Assembly: GCA_049968235.1 (NCBI GenBank) | Contig: JBMFRC010000004.1 | Location: 190,013 to 254,012, forward strand | Origin: Candidatus Hydrogenedens sp. | GTDB taxonomy: Bacteria > Hydrogenedentota > Hydrogenedentia > Hydrogenedentales > Hydrogenedentaceae | Direction: 5' to 3' | DNA: 64,000 nucleotides | Shown: one piece after another, positions 1 to 10,285 of the stretch | Numbering within the stretch: the first letter of the stretch is position 1 | Layout: each line of letters opens with the position of its first letter | Position numbers and translations under genes: made by a program | The notes under the pieces: generated by a model | Seen by the model: only the letters and a program-made list of their open reading frames with translations | The model's database searches: none | Told to the model about the DNA's origin: nothing

Positions 1-1
1 A

Positions 2-168
2 CTTATTCAGACATTGATAAAAATTAATGATGAAATATATCAAATAGTGTTAAAACAAAAAGAAAATCTTCAAAAAGAAATGGGTGACTTTTTCTCACTA
101 AAAAGTCGGTTTGAAAAATACAATCCACAGGGGAAAAAGTTATCGGAAAATGTAGATTATGATGTCTA
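2..168 (+). CDS. C-terminal fragment (about 55 aa visible) of an upstream gene of unknown function. It reads ...KINDEIYQIVLKQKENLQKEMGDFFSLKSRFEKYNPQGKKLSENVDYDV and overlaps the kinase start by about 10 nt.
   Basis: Frame 2 is open from the window edge to a TAA at about 166-168. The other two plus-strand frames have early stops. Confidence 0.35.
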
Positions 169-1331
169 AACCTACAGAAAAAATGGTTTCTATTTCTCAG
201 ATAGATTTAGAGAACCTTACAAAAGCATTAGAAGAATTTACCAAAACCAGTCAATCATGGGAGCAGGCATATTCATTACTACAAAAAAGGATTTCCGAAC
301 TTAACCATGAATTGGAATTAAAAAATCATGAATTAGCAATGACATCCGAATATTTAGGTAATCTTCTGGAATCTATATCGGATGGTGTTATTGCAGTAGA
401 TCTGGAGGATAAAATAAATCGTTTTAACCGTTCTGCTTCGCTTATTTCGGGATATAAATCTTCGGAAGTTTTAGGCAAAAAATTTTCTGAAGTTTTTAAC
501 CGCCCCTTCTCTATCGAAGAAAATAATGAGAATACTTATCAACTCTGTTCGAAAACAGGGAGGCTCATTCCTATTACAGAACGAAATTCTTTTATAACAG
601 ATTCACATGGAAATGTAATAGGAAAAGTCAAAGTTTTCCAGGATTTAAGTGAAATTCTTGAGCTAAGGGCGCACATTCAACATAAGGAGAGGTTAGCATT
701 AATAGGAGAAATGTCTGCTACCATTGCTCATGAAATACGCAATCCGTTAGGGGGGATACGCGGATTTGCTTCCTTTCTGGCACAGGACTTACCCGAAGAT
801 GACCCAAGACAAAGATTTGTAAAAAAGATAATGCAAGGAATCCAGACATTAGAACACACTATCAATGATTTATTAGAGTATGCTCGCCCTATAGAATTAA
901 AACAGGAAGTAAGACCTTTATGTGAGTTAATTCGTTCCAGTTTAGAATTTCTATCCTATGATAAAAAGAATATATCCATTCTGGTGGAATGTCCTCCTGA
1001 GATAAAAACTAACTTTGATTTTATCCGCATGAAACAGGTTATCACGAACATTGTTGTAAATGCGGTTCAAAGTATTAGCACACAGGGGATAATTAAGATT
1101 AAAGGCGAAGTAGAAAATAAATTTGTTCGAATAGAAATAAAAGATAATGGCTGTGGAATAAAACCTGAAATACTACCCAAGATTTTTTCCCCATTTTTTT
1201 CGACAAAAGAAAGGGGAACAGGTTTAGGATTAGCCTTGTGTGCTAAAATTGTAGATGCACATGGAGGACAAATTAAAGCAGAAAGTGCTGTGGGCGAAGG
1301 GACTACAATCACAATATGGTTGCCTTTATAG
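159..1331 (+). CDS. Cytoplasmic sensor histidine kinase with a PAS domain, HisKA and HATPase_c domains (NtrB/AtoS-like).
   Basis: H-box ATIAHEIRNPLGGIRGF. N-box VVNAVQS. G-boxes IKDNGCGI and GTGLGLALC. No obvious TM segment. A PAS-like segment lies upstream of the H-box. Confidence 0.85.
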   Translation: MMSKPTEKMVSISQIDLENLTKALEEFTKTSQSWEQAYSLLQKRISELNHELELKNHELAMTSEYLGNLLESISDGVIAVDLEDKINRFNRSASLISGYKSSEVLGKKFSEVFNRPFSIEENNENTYQLCSKTGRLIPITERNSFITDSHGNVIGKVKVFQDLSEILELRAHIQHKERLALIGEMSATIAHEIRNPLGGIRGFASFLAQDLPEDDPRQRFVKKIMQGIQTLEHTINDLLEYARPIELKQEVRPLCELIRSSLEFLSYDKKNISILVECPPEIKTNFDFIRMKQVITNIVVNAVQSISTQGIIKIKGEVENKFVRIEIKDNGCGIKPEILPKIFSPFFSTKERGTGLGLALCAKIVDAHGGQIKAESAVGEGTTITIWLPL

Positions 1332-1363
1332 GAAGAATTCAAATAGTTCAGAAGGGATAAATT

Positions 1364-2755
1364 ATGCCAAAAGCAAAAATTCTTGTAATTGACGATGAGC
1401 CTCTCATGCGTGAATTTATCGAGGAAGCCATGACTCGTGCTGGCTATCGTGTGGTGAGTTCTGGAAGTGGCGCAGAAGGGGTAGAATTGATTAAAACACA
1501 ACCCTTTGATTTGATAATAACGGACTTAAAAATGGAACCGGTTGATGGTATGGAGGTGTTACAAGAAAGTGTTAAGGTCTCCCCGGAGATACCTGTTATC
1601 ATAATGACTGCTTACGCAACAATAGAAACCGCCATCAGGACATTAAAAGCAGGTGCAGTAGATTATCTTGTAAAGCCTTTTACTCCGGAGGCTATTGAAA
1701 TTGCAGTAAAACGGGCTCTGGACAAAGTCAAAATGAACGCAGAAAATAAGTACCTCCGTTCGGAACTGAATGCATATTTAGGTCCTCCTGAAATTATTGG
1801 AAAAAGTAAAATAATGCAAGAATTGCATGAGAAAATAAACAAGATTGCTGATTCTCGTTCCACCGTGCTTATTCGTGGAGAAACTGGAGTAGGAAAAGAG
1901 TTAGTGGCACGGACGATTCATGTCTTAAGTCCTCGAAGAGAAAAACCTTTTATAAAGGTAAATTGTGCCGCTCTTTCTTCAGGTATTCTTGAAAGTGAAC
2001 TTTTCGGGCATGAACGAGGAGCCTTCACTGGTGCTTATGAGAAAAAGATTGGTCGTTTTGAACTTGCCAATGGTGGGTCCTTATTGCTGGATGAAATAAG
2101 TGAGATTCATGTAGACCTTCAGCCCAAACTCCTTCGTGCATTACAGGAACGAGAAATTGAAAGGGTGGGCGGAACAGAGACTATATCTGTAGATGTTCGT
2201 ATTATTGCCACGTCCAATAGAAACCTTGAAGAAGCCATTGAGAAACATTCTTTCCGTCAGGATTTGTTTTACCGCTTAAATGTTATAACGATTTATGTGC
2301 CACCCCTTCGCGAAAGGAAAGAAGACATTCCCGAATTGGCAAATTATTTCTTGAAACGGTTTTCTAAAGAAAATGGGAGAAATGTTGATACCATTACCCC
2401 CAAGGCGATGGAATATTTTATGGAATATGACTGGCCTGGAAATGTTCGTGAATTGCAAAACATAATAGAACGCGCTGTGGTCCTTGCCGGTGATAAGAAA
2501 ACTCTATGTATAAAGGATTTTGAGTTTCTTAAAATAAGGAGTCATAGTGAACATAATGTTTCGCAGATGCAGACAGGTATTACCTTGGCAGAAATGGAAA
2601 AAAATATCATTCTCAAGACATTAGAACATTGTGGAGGTAATAAAACGAAATCGGCTGAGGTTTTAGGCATTAGTGTGCGAACACTTAGAAATAAATTGCA
2701 TGAATATGGATTGGTTAAACCGCAGAAAAATCGAATGGAACGCATTCCAAAATAG
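1364..2755 (+). CDS. Sigma-54-dependent response regulator (NtrC family): REC domain, AAA+ sigma-54 activator domain and Fis-type HTH.
   Basis: ILVIDDE...DLKMEP phospho-acceptor region. Walker A GETGVGKE. ESELFGHERGAFTGA (GAFTGA motif). C-terminal HTH KTKSAEVLGISVRTLRNKLHEYGL. Confidence 0.9.
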   Translation: MPKAKILVIDDEPLMREFIEEAMTRAGYRVVSSGSGAEGVELIKTQPFDLIITDLKMEPVDGMEVLQESVKVSPEIPVIIMTAYATIETAIRTLKAGAVDYLVKPFTPEAIEIAVKRALDKVKMNAENKYLRSELNAYLGPPEIIGKSKIMQELHEKINKIADSRSTVLIRGETGVGKELVARTIHVLSPRREKPFIKVNCAALSSGILESELFGHERGAFTGAYEKKIGRFELANGGSLLLDEISEIHVDLQPKLLRALQEREIERVGGTETISVDVRIIATSNRNLEEAIEKHSFRQDLFYRLNVITIYVPPLRERKEDIPELANYFLKRFSKENGRNVDTITPKAMEYFMEYDWPGNVRELQNIIERAVVLAGDKKTLCIKDFEFLKIRSHSEHNVSQMQTGITLAEMEKNIILKTLEHCGGNKTKSAEVLGISVRTLRNKLHEYGLVKPQKNRMERIPK

Positions 2756-2799
2756 AAATGGAATAAAAAATATCCTATCTTGAAATATAATTATAAAGT

Positions 2800-4983
2800 A
2801 TGAAAAAAAAAGAGACTATATTTTTTCTTTTAATTATTCTTTTTGCGATTGTAATACGGGTTATATATTTCTACTATATCTCACAACAACCTGAATTTTC
2901 ACACCCAATTATAGATCCTCAATTTAACGATTACTGGGCACATAAAATATTGTATCAGGGTAATTATCCATCTCCAACGGGAGATGACCCTATGATAGAA
3001 AATACACCTTATGGAAGACCGCCAGGTTATCCTTTTCTTCTAGCTTTTATATACTTTCTTTTCGGAGATAATTATAATTCTCCGCGGTTAATACAATTTT
3101 TTGTGGGAATTGTAAATGTTTTTTTTATGTATTATTTTGTTTCGAGAATTTTTGTGAGTAAAAAAGCAGGATTAGTTTCTGCATTTTTAATGGCTATCCT
3201 TTGGGAACCTATTTATTTTGAAGGGGAAATAAACTATCCTGTATGGGTAATCTCACTTACAATAGTTCTTTTATTTACCTCATTACGATATCTGCAAATA
3301 AAAACAACAAAATTTGTGATTCTTTCGGGCTTTTTACTAGGAATTATCGCTCTCTTTAGACCCAATGGACTTTTATTGTTACCTATGTATGTTGGAATTG
3401 TGTTTCATATATTTGGGAAACGGAACTTCAAGAAGGCTCTTGCTCATTGCATTCTCTTTTCTGTATCCGTATTCTTAATAATATCTCCTGTTTTTATTAG
3501 AAACTATATAGTCAGTAATGATTTTTTTTTGATTTCGTGTTTTGGGGGGATAAATACATACATAGGTAACAATGCCCAGTCAACGGGGGACAGTCCTACG
3601 GTCCCGAATATAATTCATTTGTGTGGAGTTGATAATTGGGATTGTTTTAATTATCGATTATTAGTAAAAGGTCTTGGGATAAAACAAGAGGGTCGTTACT
3701 ATTCATTCAAGGAGGCTTCTCAGTTCTTTTATAAAAAGGTTTATGAGTATTGGAAAAAAGAACCTATCTCTGCAATCAAATTAACGGCTCGTAAATTCTT
3801 TTTATTTTGGGGTCCTGCTATAGTTTCTGATGGAAAAGTTATTTATCATGACAGGGAAGCAACATTTCTTCGTTTATTGCCCGGTTTTCCTTTTCTGGTG
3901 GGATTATCTTTTTACTTCTTAATTTTGTTTATTCGACAGAGAAATCAATTACCTCCGGAACTTAAAACGCTTCTATTATTTATTTTTACATGGAGTTTTG
4001 TTTATTCGTTATCTGTTATTCCTTTTTTTGTTTCAGAACGATACCGAATCCCTATTATTCCACCTTTATGCATTATAGGGGGAATAGGTACCGTTTTATT
4101 TCTTAGTAATACTGGTAATCAAAATAAGTTAAACAAGTTTAAACAAATTATTATTTGTTTACTATGCCTTACCCTTGTTTATAAGACACCTGTAAAATAT
4201 GAACCGGATACACCTCGATGGTTTTACCATAAAGCCATTGTTTCCTATAAATCTCAAAATGAAAAAGATGCGGTTTACTATGCTAATAAAGCCATTTCAA
4301 AGAACCCCAATTATTCAGAAGTTTATGCCTTTCTTGGTATAATCTCTCTTAATCATCATGAGTTTAAAGAGGCAGAAAATTATTGTTTAAAAGCATTAGA
4401 AAAAAATCCTGATTATGCTATGGCAAATAATAATTTAGGTTATATTATGGAATTAGAAAAGAAATTTGACCTTGCAGAAAAGTATTACTATAAAGCATGT
4501 GAATTAAGTCCTGTATATACCCTGGCATGGATAAACCTCGGGAGAATGTATTTGTATTATCATAACCAGATTAACTTAGCAAAAGATTGTTTCGTAAAAG
4601 TAACTGAGTTAGACCCCAACTCATGGGTTGGATGGTTTCACTTAGGGAATGTATATATACAAATGGGAGAATACTCCTCAGCGGAGAAATTTCTAACAAA
4701 ATCTCTTTCATTAAATCCGGAAAATGCCCTTATTCATAATAATTTTGGTTTTTTATATATACAGAGAAAACAGTATGAAAAAGCGATAGAGTTTTTAAAA
4801 ACAGCATTAGAAAAAGAGCCACAATTTACAGATGCTATGTTTAATCTCGGGAATGCGTTTAAAGAAATGAAGCAATATGAAGAGGCAGAATATTGGTATA
4901 AAAAAGTTTTAGAAATTGACCCACAATTTACAGATGCAGTAGATAAAATCAATGAAATAAATACAAATAAAAAAACTAACTAA
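2800..4983 (+). CDS. GT-C fold membrane glycosyltransferase (ArnT/PMT_2-like, subfamily A) fused to C-terminal TPR repeats.
   Basis: Polytopic N-terminus with NDYWAHKIL...RPPGYPFLLA, parallel to the ArnT-type loop of the paralogs at 4997 and 30979. The C-terminal third carries canonical TPR repeats (AxxNLGxxY...). Confidence 0.7.
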   Translation: MKKKETIFFLLIILFAIVIRVIYFYYISQQPEFSHPIIDPQFNDYWAHKILYQGNYPSPTGDDPMIENTPYGRPPGYPFLLAFIYFLFGDNYNSPRLIQFFVGIVNVFFMYYFVSRIFVSKKAGLVSAFLMAILWEPIYFEGEINYPVWVISLTIVLLFTSLRYLQIKTTKFVILSGFLLGIIALFRPNGLLLLPMYVGIVFHIFGKRNFKKALAHCILFSVSVFLIISPVFIRNYIVSNDFFLISCFGGINTYIGNNAQSTGDSPTVPNIIHLCGVDNWDCFNYRLLVKGLGIKQEGRYYSFKEASQFFYKKVYEYWKKEPISAIKLTARKFFLFWGPAIVSDGKVIYHDREATFLRLLPGFPFLVGLSFYFLILFIRQRNQLPPELKTLLLFIFTWSFVYSLSVIPFFVSERYRIPIIPPLCIIGGIGTVLFLSNTGNQNKLNKFKQIIICLLCLTLVYKTPVKYEPDTPRWFYHKAIVSYKSQNEKDAVYYANKAISKNPNYSEVYAFLGIISLNHHEFKEAENYCLKALEKNPDYAMANNNLGYIMELEKKFDLAEKYYYKACELSPVYTLAWINLGRMYLYYHNQINLAKDCFVKVTELDPNSWVGWFHLGNVYIQMGEYSSAEKFLTKSLSLNPENALIHNNFGFLYIQRKQYEKAIEFLKTALEKEPQFTDAMFNLGNAFKEMKQYEEAEYWYKKVLEIDPQFTDAVDKINEINTNKKTN

Positions 4984-4996
4984 ATATTAAAAGAAT

Positions 4997-7642
4997 ATGG
5001 ATAACGAAAATAAAAAAAATAAAGATTGGGTAATTCTCTCGTGGATACTTTTGTTTGCGTTCTGTTTTCGGATTATTTATCTCTGGCAATTAGTAGATGC
5101 TCCAGACTTTATTGCACTTCGGCAGGACTTGGATGTTCAGGATTATCAGGCAAGAGCGATACTATCCGGAGATTGGACTGTTCGGGAAGGGGTTTCTGAC
5201 CCACATATTCCAACGACGCCGTATTATCGACCTCCGGGTTACCCATACTTCCTTGCAGTTGTATATTATTTTTTTGACGGTTCCTATCTGGCACCGCGAT
5301 TCATTCATTTTTTTCTTGGACTCGTGCATATTGTCCTAATATATTTTTTAGCCAGAATTATATTTAATAGAATCGCAGGTTTATGTGCATCTTTTCTTGT
5401 AGCCACTTATTGGGCTTTTATTTATTATGAAGGAGAAGTAAACGACCCTGCTTTATTTGTTTTTCTTGTCCCCTGTATATTATTTCTGATTTATTATGCT
5501 GTTACTAAGGACTTTATCTTGTATTCTTTTTTCTCAGGCTTATGTATTGGTATATATGCCATCATGAGACCTAATATTCTATCATTTATTCCTTTTTTAT
5601 CATTATGGATTTTGTTCTTTTTTTATAAGCAGAAAAAACTATTTAAGAGTTTCTTTCATATATTTTTTTTGATAATTGCAATTTTTACTGTGATAACTCC
5701 GGTTACAGTTCGGAATTATCTCGTATCGGGTGAATTTGTGCCTATCTCTACTTATTTTGGGGAGAATCTATTGATAGGAAATAGTGAGGATGCTGATGGA
5801 GTAACGCCGTGGTTGCCTTACCTTCAGGAATTAGAAGGAACGGGTAATTGGTCTGTATGGCATTATGATAATGTTGTAAAGGGTTTAGGGAAATTTTTGG
5901 GGAGAGAAGTTTCACATTCCGAAGCATCAAATATTTTTGCTAAAATGGCTATAAATTATATTATTCATCACCCATGGCAAACATTTTTACTCACATGCAA
6001 AAAAGCTATTTTATTCTGGAGTCCACAAGAAATTACAGAGAACAAAGTTGTAGAGGGGGAAAGACAACATTATATACCTCTGAAATATATGCCTCGATTT
6101 CCTATTGTCCTGAGTACATTTTTATTAGGTTTGTTTTTTTTGATAAAAAATATATTTTTCAATAAGACATTTAAAGATACAAATATAAATATTTATTTTC
6201 TAACACTGGTATTGTTGTTTATATTTACATATTTTGCTTCATTTCTTCCCTTTTTTGTAAATGCAAGGGCTCGTGTTCCGATATTGGGATTGATGTTCAT
6301 CATCGGCGGATACACATTTTCAGAAATTCGGTATTTATTTGTTAAGAGAAGAATAACTCCCGCTCTCATAAGTATTTTTGTTTTAGTAATACTTTTTCTC
6401 ATAACTCATATTGATATTATTCCCTATAAACCGGATATGTGCCGTTGGCATTATGACCGTGCTGACTCTTATCTCCGTGTAGGTCGTGTTGATGAAGCAT
6501 TACAGGAAGTACATGCTCTTATGTCTCGTCCGGAACGTCCTATGACTTACATGCCATTCCGGCTGGGACATGCACTTGCAAAGTTAAATTATTCCGAATT
6601 AGCTATAGATTTATTACGACTGGCACTTAGTCCTGACCCTTCAGAACAGCCTTCTATGTATAGAGAAGATATTTACTATCATATCGGTGCTTTATTTATG
6701 AAATTAAAAAGATATGATGAAGCCATCAAAGAATTTGAAAATGCTTTATCTTTAAATCCCAAAGACCCGAGAGTTCATAATGACCTAGGTGTCATTTACA
6801 AAGAACGCAATGACTTAGTAAAAGCCGAACAAGAATATAAATATGCTATTGATACAGAACCAGAATTTAATCTTGCTATAGCAAACTTGACAGAATTGTA
6901 TATTCAACAGAAAAAATACGCTGAAGCGATTGAATTGCTGGGAAATAGCCTAAAATTACAGCCTCAAAATACAGAGTTACTTTATAATTTAGGATTTGTT
7001 TATCATAATTCGGGACAACTTGAAAAAGCACTTTCCTATTACCAACAAGTATTATCTCATGATAGTAAGGAACCTAATACACTTAATAATATGGCTATGA
7101 TTTATTTAGAAAAAAATGACCTGGAAAAAGCCAAAAATACCCTGTTATGGTGTATATGCAAGAATTCCTATTTTACACTCGCATATGCGAATATGGGGGA
7201 CATTTTATATTCAGAAAACCAACTACCAAAAGCCCTATATTATTATGATAAAGGGCTTGAAACGAATTATGAACATATAGGACTTTGCGCTGCGTTAGCC
7301 TTACTTTATACAGAAATGGGTAATGCCGAGAAAGGGATTGTGGAATTAATGGATGTTTTAAAAAAACATCCAGAGTCCACCAATTTATGGTTTGCTCTGG
7401 GAAATATCTATAAAAATAGTAATCAAAATAATGAGGCTATTGGTGCTTATAATAAAGTATTAGATATAGATAGTTCTTATACATCGGCGTATAGAAATTT
7501 GATGGAAATTTATTTAAATAAAGGAGATGTTAATAAAACACTGGAAATCTTTGAAAAAGCGAAACAAAACATTAAAGATTCTGAACAAATAGAATATTTA
7601 TCCTCTCTTATCCTGGAAAAACAAGGAAATACCAATAAATGA
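4997..7642 (+). CDS. GT-C fold membrane glycosyltransferase (ArnT/PMT_2-like, subfamily A) fused to a long TPR array.
   Basis: VQDYQARAILSGDWTVREG...YYRPPGYPYFLA resembles the ArnT D-x-RYA-x-I-x-x-GDW / KPP-x-YW region. Roughly 12 TM helices, then about 10 TPR repeats. Clear paralog of 2800 and 30979. Confidence 0.75.
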   Translation: MDNENKKNKDWVILSWILLFAFCFRIIYLWQLVDAPDFIALRQDLDVQDYQARAILSGDWTVREGVSDPHIPTTPYYRPPGYPYFLAVVYYFFDGSYLAPRFIHFFLGLVHIVLIYFLARIIFNRIAGLCASFLVATYWAFIYYEGEVNDPALFVFLVPCILFLIYYAVTKDFILYSFFSGLCIGIYAIMRPNILSFIPFLSLWILFFFYKQKKLFKSFFHIFFLIIAIFTVITPVTVRNYLVSGEFVPISTYFGENLLIGNSEDADGVTPWLPYLQELEGTGNWSVWHYDNVVKGLGKFLGREVSHSEASNIFAKMAINYIIHHPWQTFLLTCKKAILFWSPQEITENKVVEGERQHYIPLKYMPRFPIVLSTFLLGLFFLIKNIFFNKTFKDTNINIYFLTLVLLFIFTYFASFLPFFVNARARVPILGLMFIIGGYTFSEIRYLFVKRRITPALISIFVLVILFLITHIDIIPYKPDMCRWHYDRADSYLRVGRVDEALQEVHALMSRPERPMTYMPFRLGHALAKLNYSELAIDLLRLALSPDPSEQPSMYREDIYYHIGALFMKLKRYDEAIKEFENALSLNPKDPRVHNDLGVIYKERNDLVKAEQEYKYAIDTEPEFNLAIANLTELYIQQKKYAEAIELLGNSLKLQPQNTELLYNLGFVYHNSGQLEKALSYYQQVLSHDSKEPNTLNNMAMIYLEKNDLEKAKNTLLWCICKNSYFTLAYANMGDILYSENQLPKALYYYDKGLETNYEHIGLCAALALLYTEMGNAEKGIVELMDVLKKHPESTNLWFALGNIYKNSNQNNEAIGAYNKVLDIDSSYTSAYRNLMEIYLNKGDVNKTLEIFEKAKQNIKDSEQIEYLSSLILEKQGNTNK

Positions 7643-8790
7643 CACATTGTGATGAAATAGAACTAAGCGTTGTATTACCTTGTTTGAATGAAGAACGGAC
7701 TATTGGACAATGTGTACAGAAAACACAAAAGGTTTTCGATAAATATCATATTAAAGGTGAAATTATTGTCGCAGATAATAATTCTACGGATAGTTCCTCA
7801 TCAATTGCGGAACAAGCAGGTGCGAAGGTAGTCAAGGTAATTACTCCTGGATACGGGAATACTCTTCGAAACGGTATAAAAGAAGCAAAAGGGAAATATA
7901 TAATCTTTTTTGATTCTGATTTATCCTATGACCCTGAGGATATTCCTCAAATATTAGAGAAATTACGAGAAGGTTATCCTATTGTTCTGGGGTCTAGGAA
8001 AAAAGGAACGATTGATAGAGGCTCTATGCCATGGTTACATAGATATATAGGCACTCCGATAATGACTTTACTTGCGAATATTTTTTTTAAGGCACATATA
8101 ACGGATATTAATTCGGGTATGCGTGGTATGTCCCGAAAAGTATTTGATGAATTAGATTTACATTCGGAAGGCATGGAATTTGCTTCTGAAATGATAGCAA
8201 AAGCACATTGGACCCAAACTAAAATAGCGGAAGTTCCTATTCATTTTCACTGTGACCAGAGGGGAAGGCGTCCACATTTACATTCTGTTCGTGATGGATG
8301 GAGACATTTACAACTTATGTTTCATTATTGTTCTATTAATTGGTTTCTTATACCGGGTTTTATATTGTTATTTTTTTCATACCTTGTATTTTTTATTCTG
8401 CCTCAGTATATGGATATTTATACATCCTTTTTTATTTCTTTACTAACCAACATTATTGCAACCCAAATTTTATTGATTGGAGTCATTGCTCAGGGTAGAG
8501 TTCGTGGTTCAAAGTTTAGATACATTCCATCAAAATATCTCCTTTTTTTATCCCGAATAATCAAAGTCGAAAAGGGTATGTTTTTGGGTTTAGGGATATG
8601 TTTTTTAGGCATGTTTTTAATGCTTTATACTCTTCGTTCAGGAATAAACATGCCAGATATAACTATAAAAATATTTTTTGGGGGTATTCTATGTTTTGTT
8701 CAGGGGGTTCAGGTTTTATTTAGTTCCATTTTAATCGGGCTGTTTGGAATTCGTGTTTCAGAAGAGGAAGAATTTTTTAGAAAATCTTAG
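7639..8790 (+). CDS. GT2 family glycosyltransferase, polyprenyl-phosphate sugar synthase type (DPM1/ArnC/GtrB-like), with C-terminal TM helices.
   Basis: VVLPCLNEERTI N-terminal GT2 signature. DSD (DxD) motif in FFDSDLSYDPEDI. Hydrophobic C-terminal tail. The ATGA 4-nt overlap with the upstream gene suggests translational coupling. Confidence 0.8.
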   Translation: MTHCDEIELSVVLPCLNEERTIGQCVQKTQKVFDKYHIKGEIIVADNNSTDSSSSIAEQAGAKVVKVITPGYGNTLRNGIKEAKGKYIIFFDSDLSYDPEDIPQILEKLREGYPIVLGSRKKGTIDRGSMPWLHRYIGTPIMTLLANIFFKAHITDINSGMRGMSRKVFDELDLHSEGMEFASEMIAKAHWTQTKIAEVPIHFHCDQRGRRPHLHSVRDGWRHLQLMFHYCSINWFLIPGFILLFFSYLVFFILPQYMDIYTSFFISLLTNIIATQILLIGVIAQGRVRGSKFRYIPSKYLLFLSRIIKVEKGMFLGLGICFLGMFLMLYTLRSGINMPDITIKIFFGGILCFVQGVQVLFSSILIGLFGIRVSEEEEFFRKS

Positions 8791-8805
8791 AGTTATAATA
8801 AAGAT

Positions 8806-10269
8806 ATGAAACATGTTGTATTTGTAATGCCACCATATCCTTATTCTCGTTCCATTGGACAGGAGGAAGGAAAAAGGCAAATTGGGTTAATGCCGCCTTT
8901 AGGTGTTGGGTATCTTACTGCATACTTAGAGCGGACAGGGAAATACCAATGTTATTTTGTCGATGCAGTTGCGGAGAGGTTATCTATTGAGGAAACTGTT
9001 TCTCGTATTCTATCATTCGAACCGGATGTAATTGGAATTTCATCTTTTACGACTTTTCTTCTCAATACTTCATATCAACTTGCACGAAGATTAAAAGAAG
9101 AATGTCCTTCGATTCCATTGTTAATGGGAGGTCCTCACACTACTTCTTTCGGGGAACAGGTGTTGAAAGACTGTCCGTATATTGATTATGTCATTCCGGG
9201 AGATGCTGAAGTTCCTCTTTTAGAGTTATTAGAAAAGATTTTTTGTGGAGATATACCGGATAAGGTAAAAGGCATCATTTATAAAAATGAAAAAGATGAA
9301 ATCGTAGATACGGGCTGTTCTATCCCTGTAGATGATATTGATACTCTACCTTTCCCCTCACGACACATTTATAACCATGAGTTATATGAGCCTTTACCGA
9401 GTTTAAGTCCCAAACGCCCTGCCATGTCGATGATTACAGCACGGGGTTGTCCATGGGCACGATGTAAATTTTGTTATCAGGGAGGGAAATATGCATCTCC
9501 ATTTCGTCGTCGGTCTCCGGAAAATGTTGTGGCAGAATTAAAATACCTTATTGAAAAATATAATGTAAAAAATATTGTATTCTGGGATGATAATTTTTGT
9601 ATCTTTCCTGAATGGATACATAAATTTTGCTCCCTTATAAAACAGGGGAAAATAAAATTAGATTGGTCTGTTTTATCGCGTGTAAATACAGTAACACCGG
9701 AAATGTTAAATGAAATGGCAGAAGTAGGTTGTTACAGTATTCAATTTGGTATTGAATCCGGAAATGAGGAAATACTTAAACTTATTCGAAAAGGTCACAC
9801 ATTAGAACAATGTCGAAATGCAGTCCGCTGGGCAAAATCCGCTGGTATGGAGACAAGGGCTTTCTTTGTTTTGGGTTTTCCTACGGAGACCCCAGCAATG
9901 AGTGAAGAGACTATTCGTTTTGCATGTGAATTAAATATCGATTATGTTGTTTTCTTTTCGTATTATGTAGCACCCGGAACACTTCTTGCCGAGATTGCTA
10001 TGAGAGAAGGGCAGTGTTTTGAATTTATAGGACAACATTTACCTTCTTACCTTCCTAATACCTATCCTGATTTGGAGACATTAACAAAGAAAGTACAATC
10101 CGCCTATCGAAGATATTACCTCAGACCTCGATATTTCGCTCGAACTATTACAAGAACGATTCGTCGTCCCCATCATTTGAAAAATCAAATAAAGGCATTT
10201 AATTATTGGCTTGGATTGAGTTTAAAAAAATGGACTCACAACAAAAATTCAACAGTTAACATAACCTAA
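8806..10269 (+). CDS. B12-binding-domain radical SAM protein (class B-like).
   Basis: N-terminal Rossmann-like B12-binding region (PPLGVGYLTAYL...DVIGISSFTT). The cysteine cluster reads GCPWARCKFC, i.e. CX4CX2C rather than the canonical CX3CX2C. The radical SAM core follows. Confidence 0.75.
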   Translation: MKHVVFVMPPYPYSRSIGQEEGKRQIGLMPPLGVGYLTAYLERTGKYQCYFVDAVAERLSIEETVSRILSFEPDVIGISSFTTFLLNTSYQLARRLKEECPSIPLLMGGPHTTSFGEQVLKDCPYIDYVIPGDAEVPLLELLEKIFCGDIPDKVKGIIYKNEKDEIVDTGCSIPVDDIDTLPFPSRHIYNHELYEPLPSLSPKRPAMSMITARGCPWARCKFCYQGGKYASPFRRRSPENVVAELKYLIEKYNVKNIVFWDDNFCIFPEWIHKFCSLIKQGKIKLDWSVLSRVNTVTPEMLNEMAEVGCYSIQFGIESGNEEILKLIRKGHTLEQCRNAVRWAKSAGMETRAFFVLGFPTETPAMSEETIRFACELNIDYVVFFSYYVAPGTLLAEIAMREGQCFEFIGQHLPSYLPNTYPDLETLTKKVQSAYRRYYLRPRYFARTITRTIRRPHHLKNQIKAFNYWLGLSLKKWTHNKNSTVNIT

Positions 10270-10285
10270 AAATAAAGGATAAACT

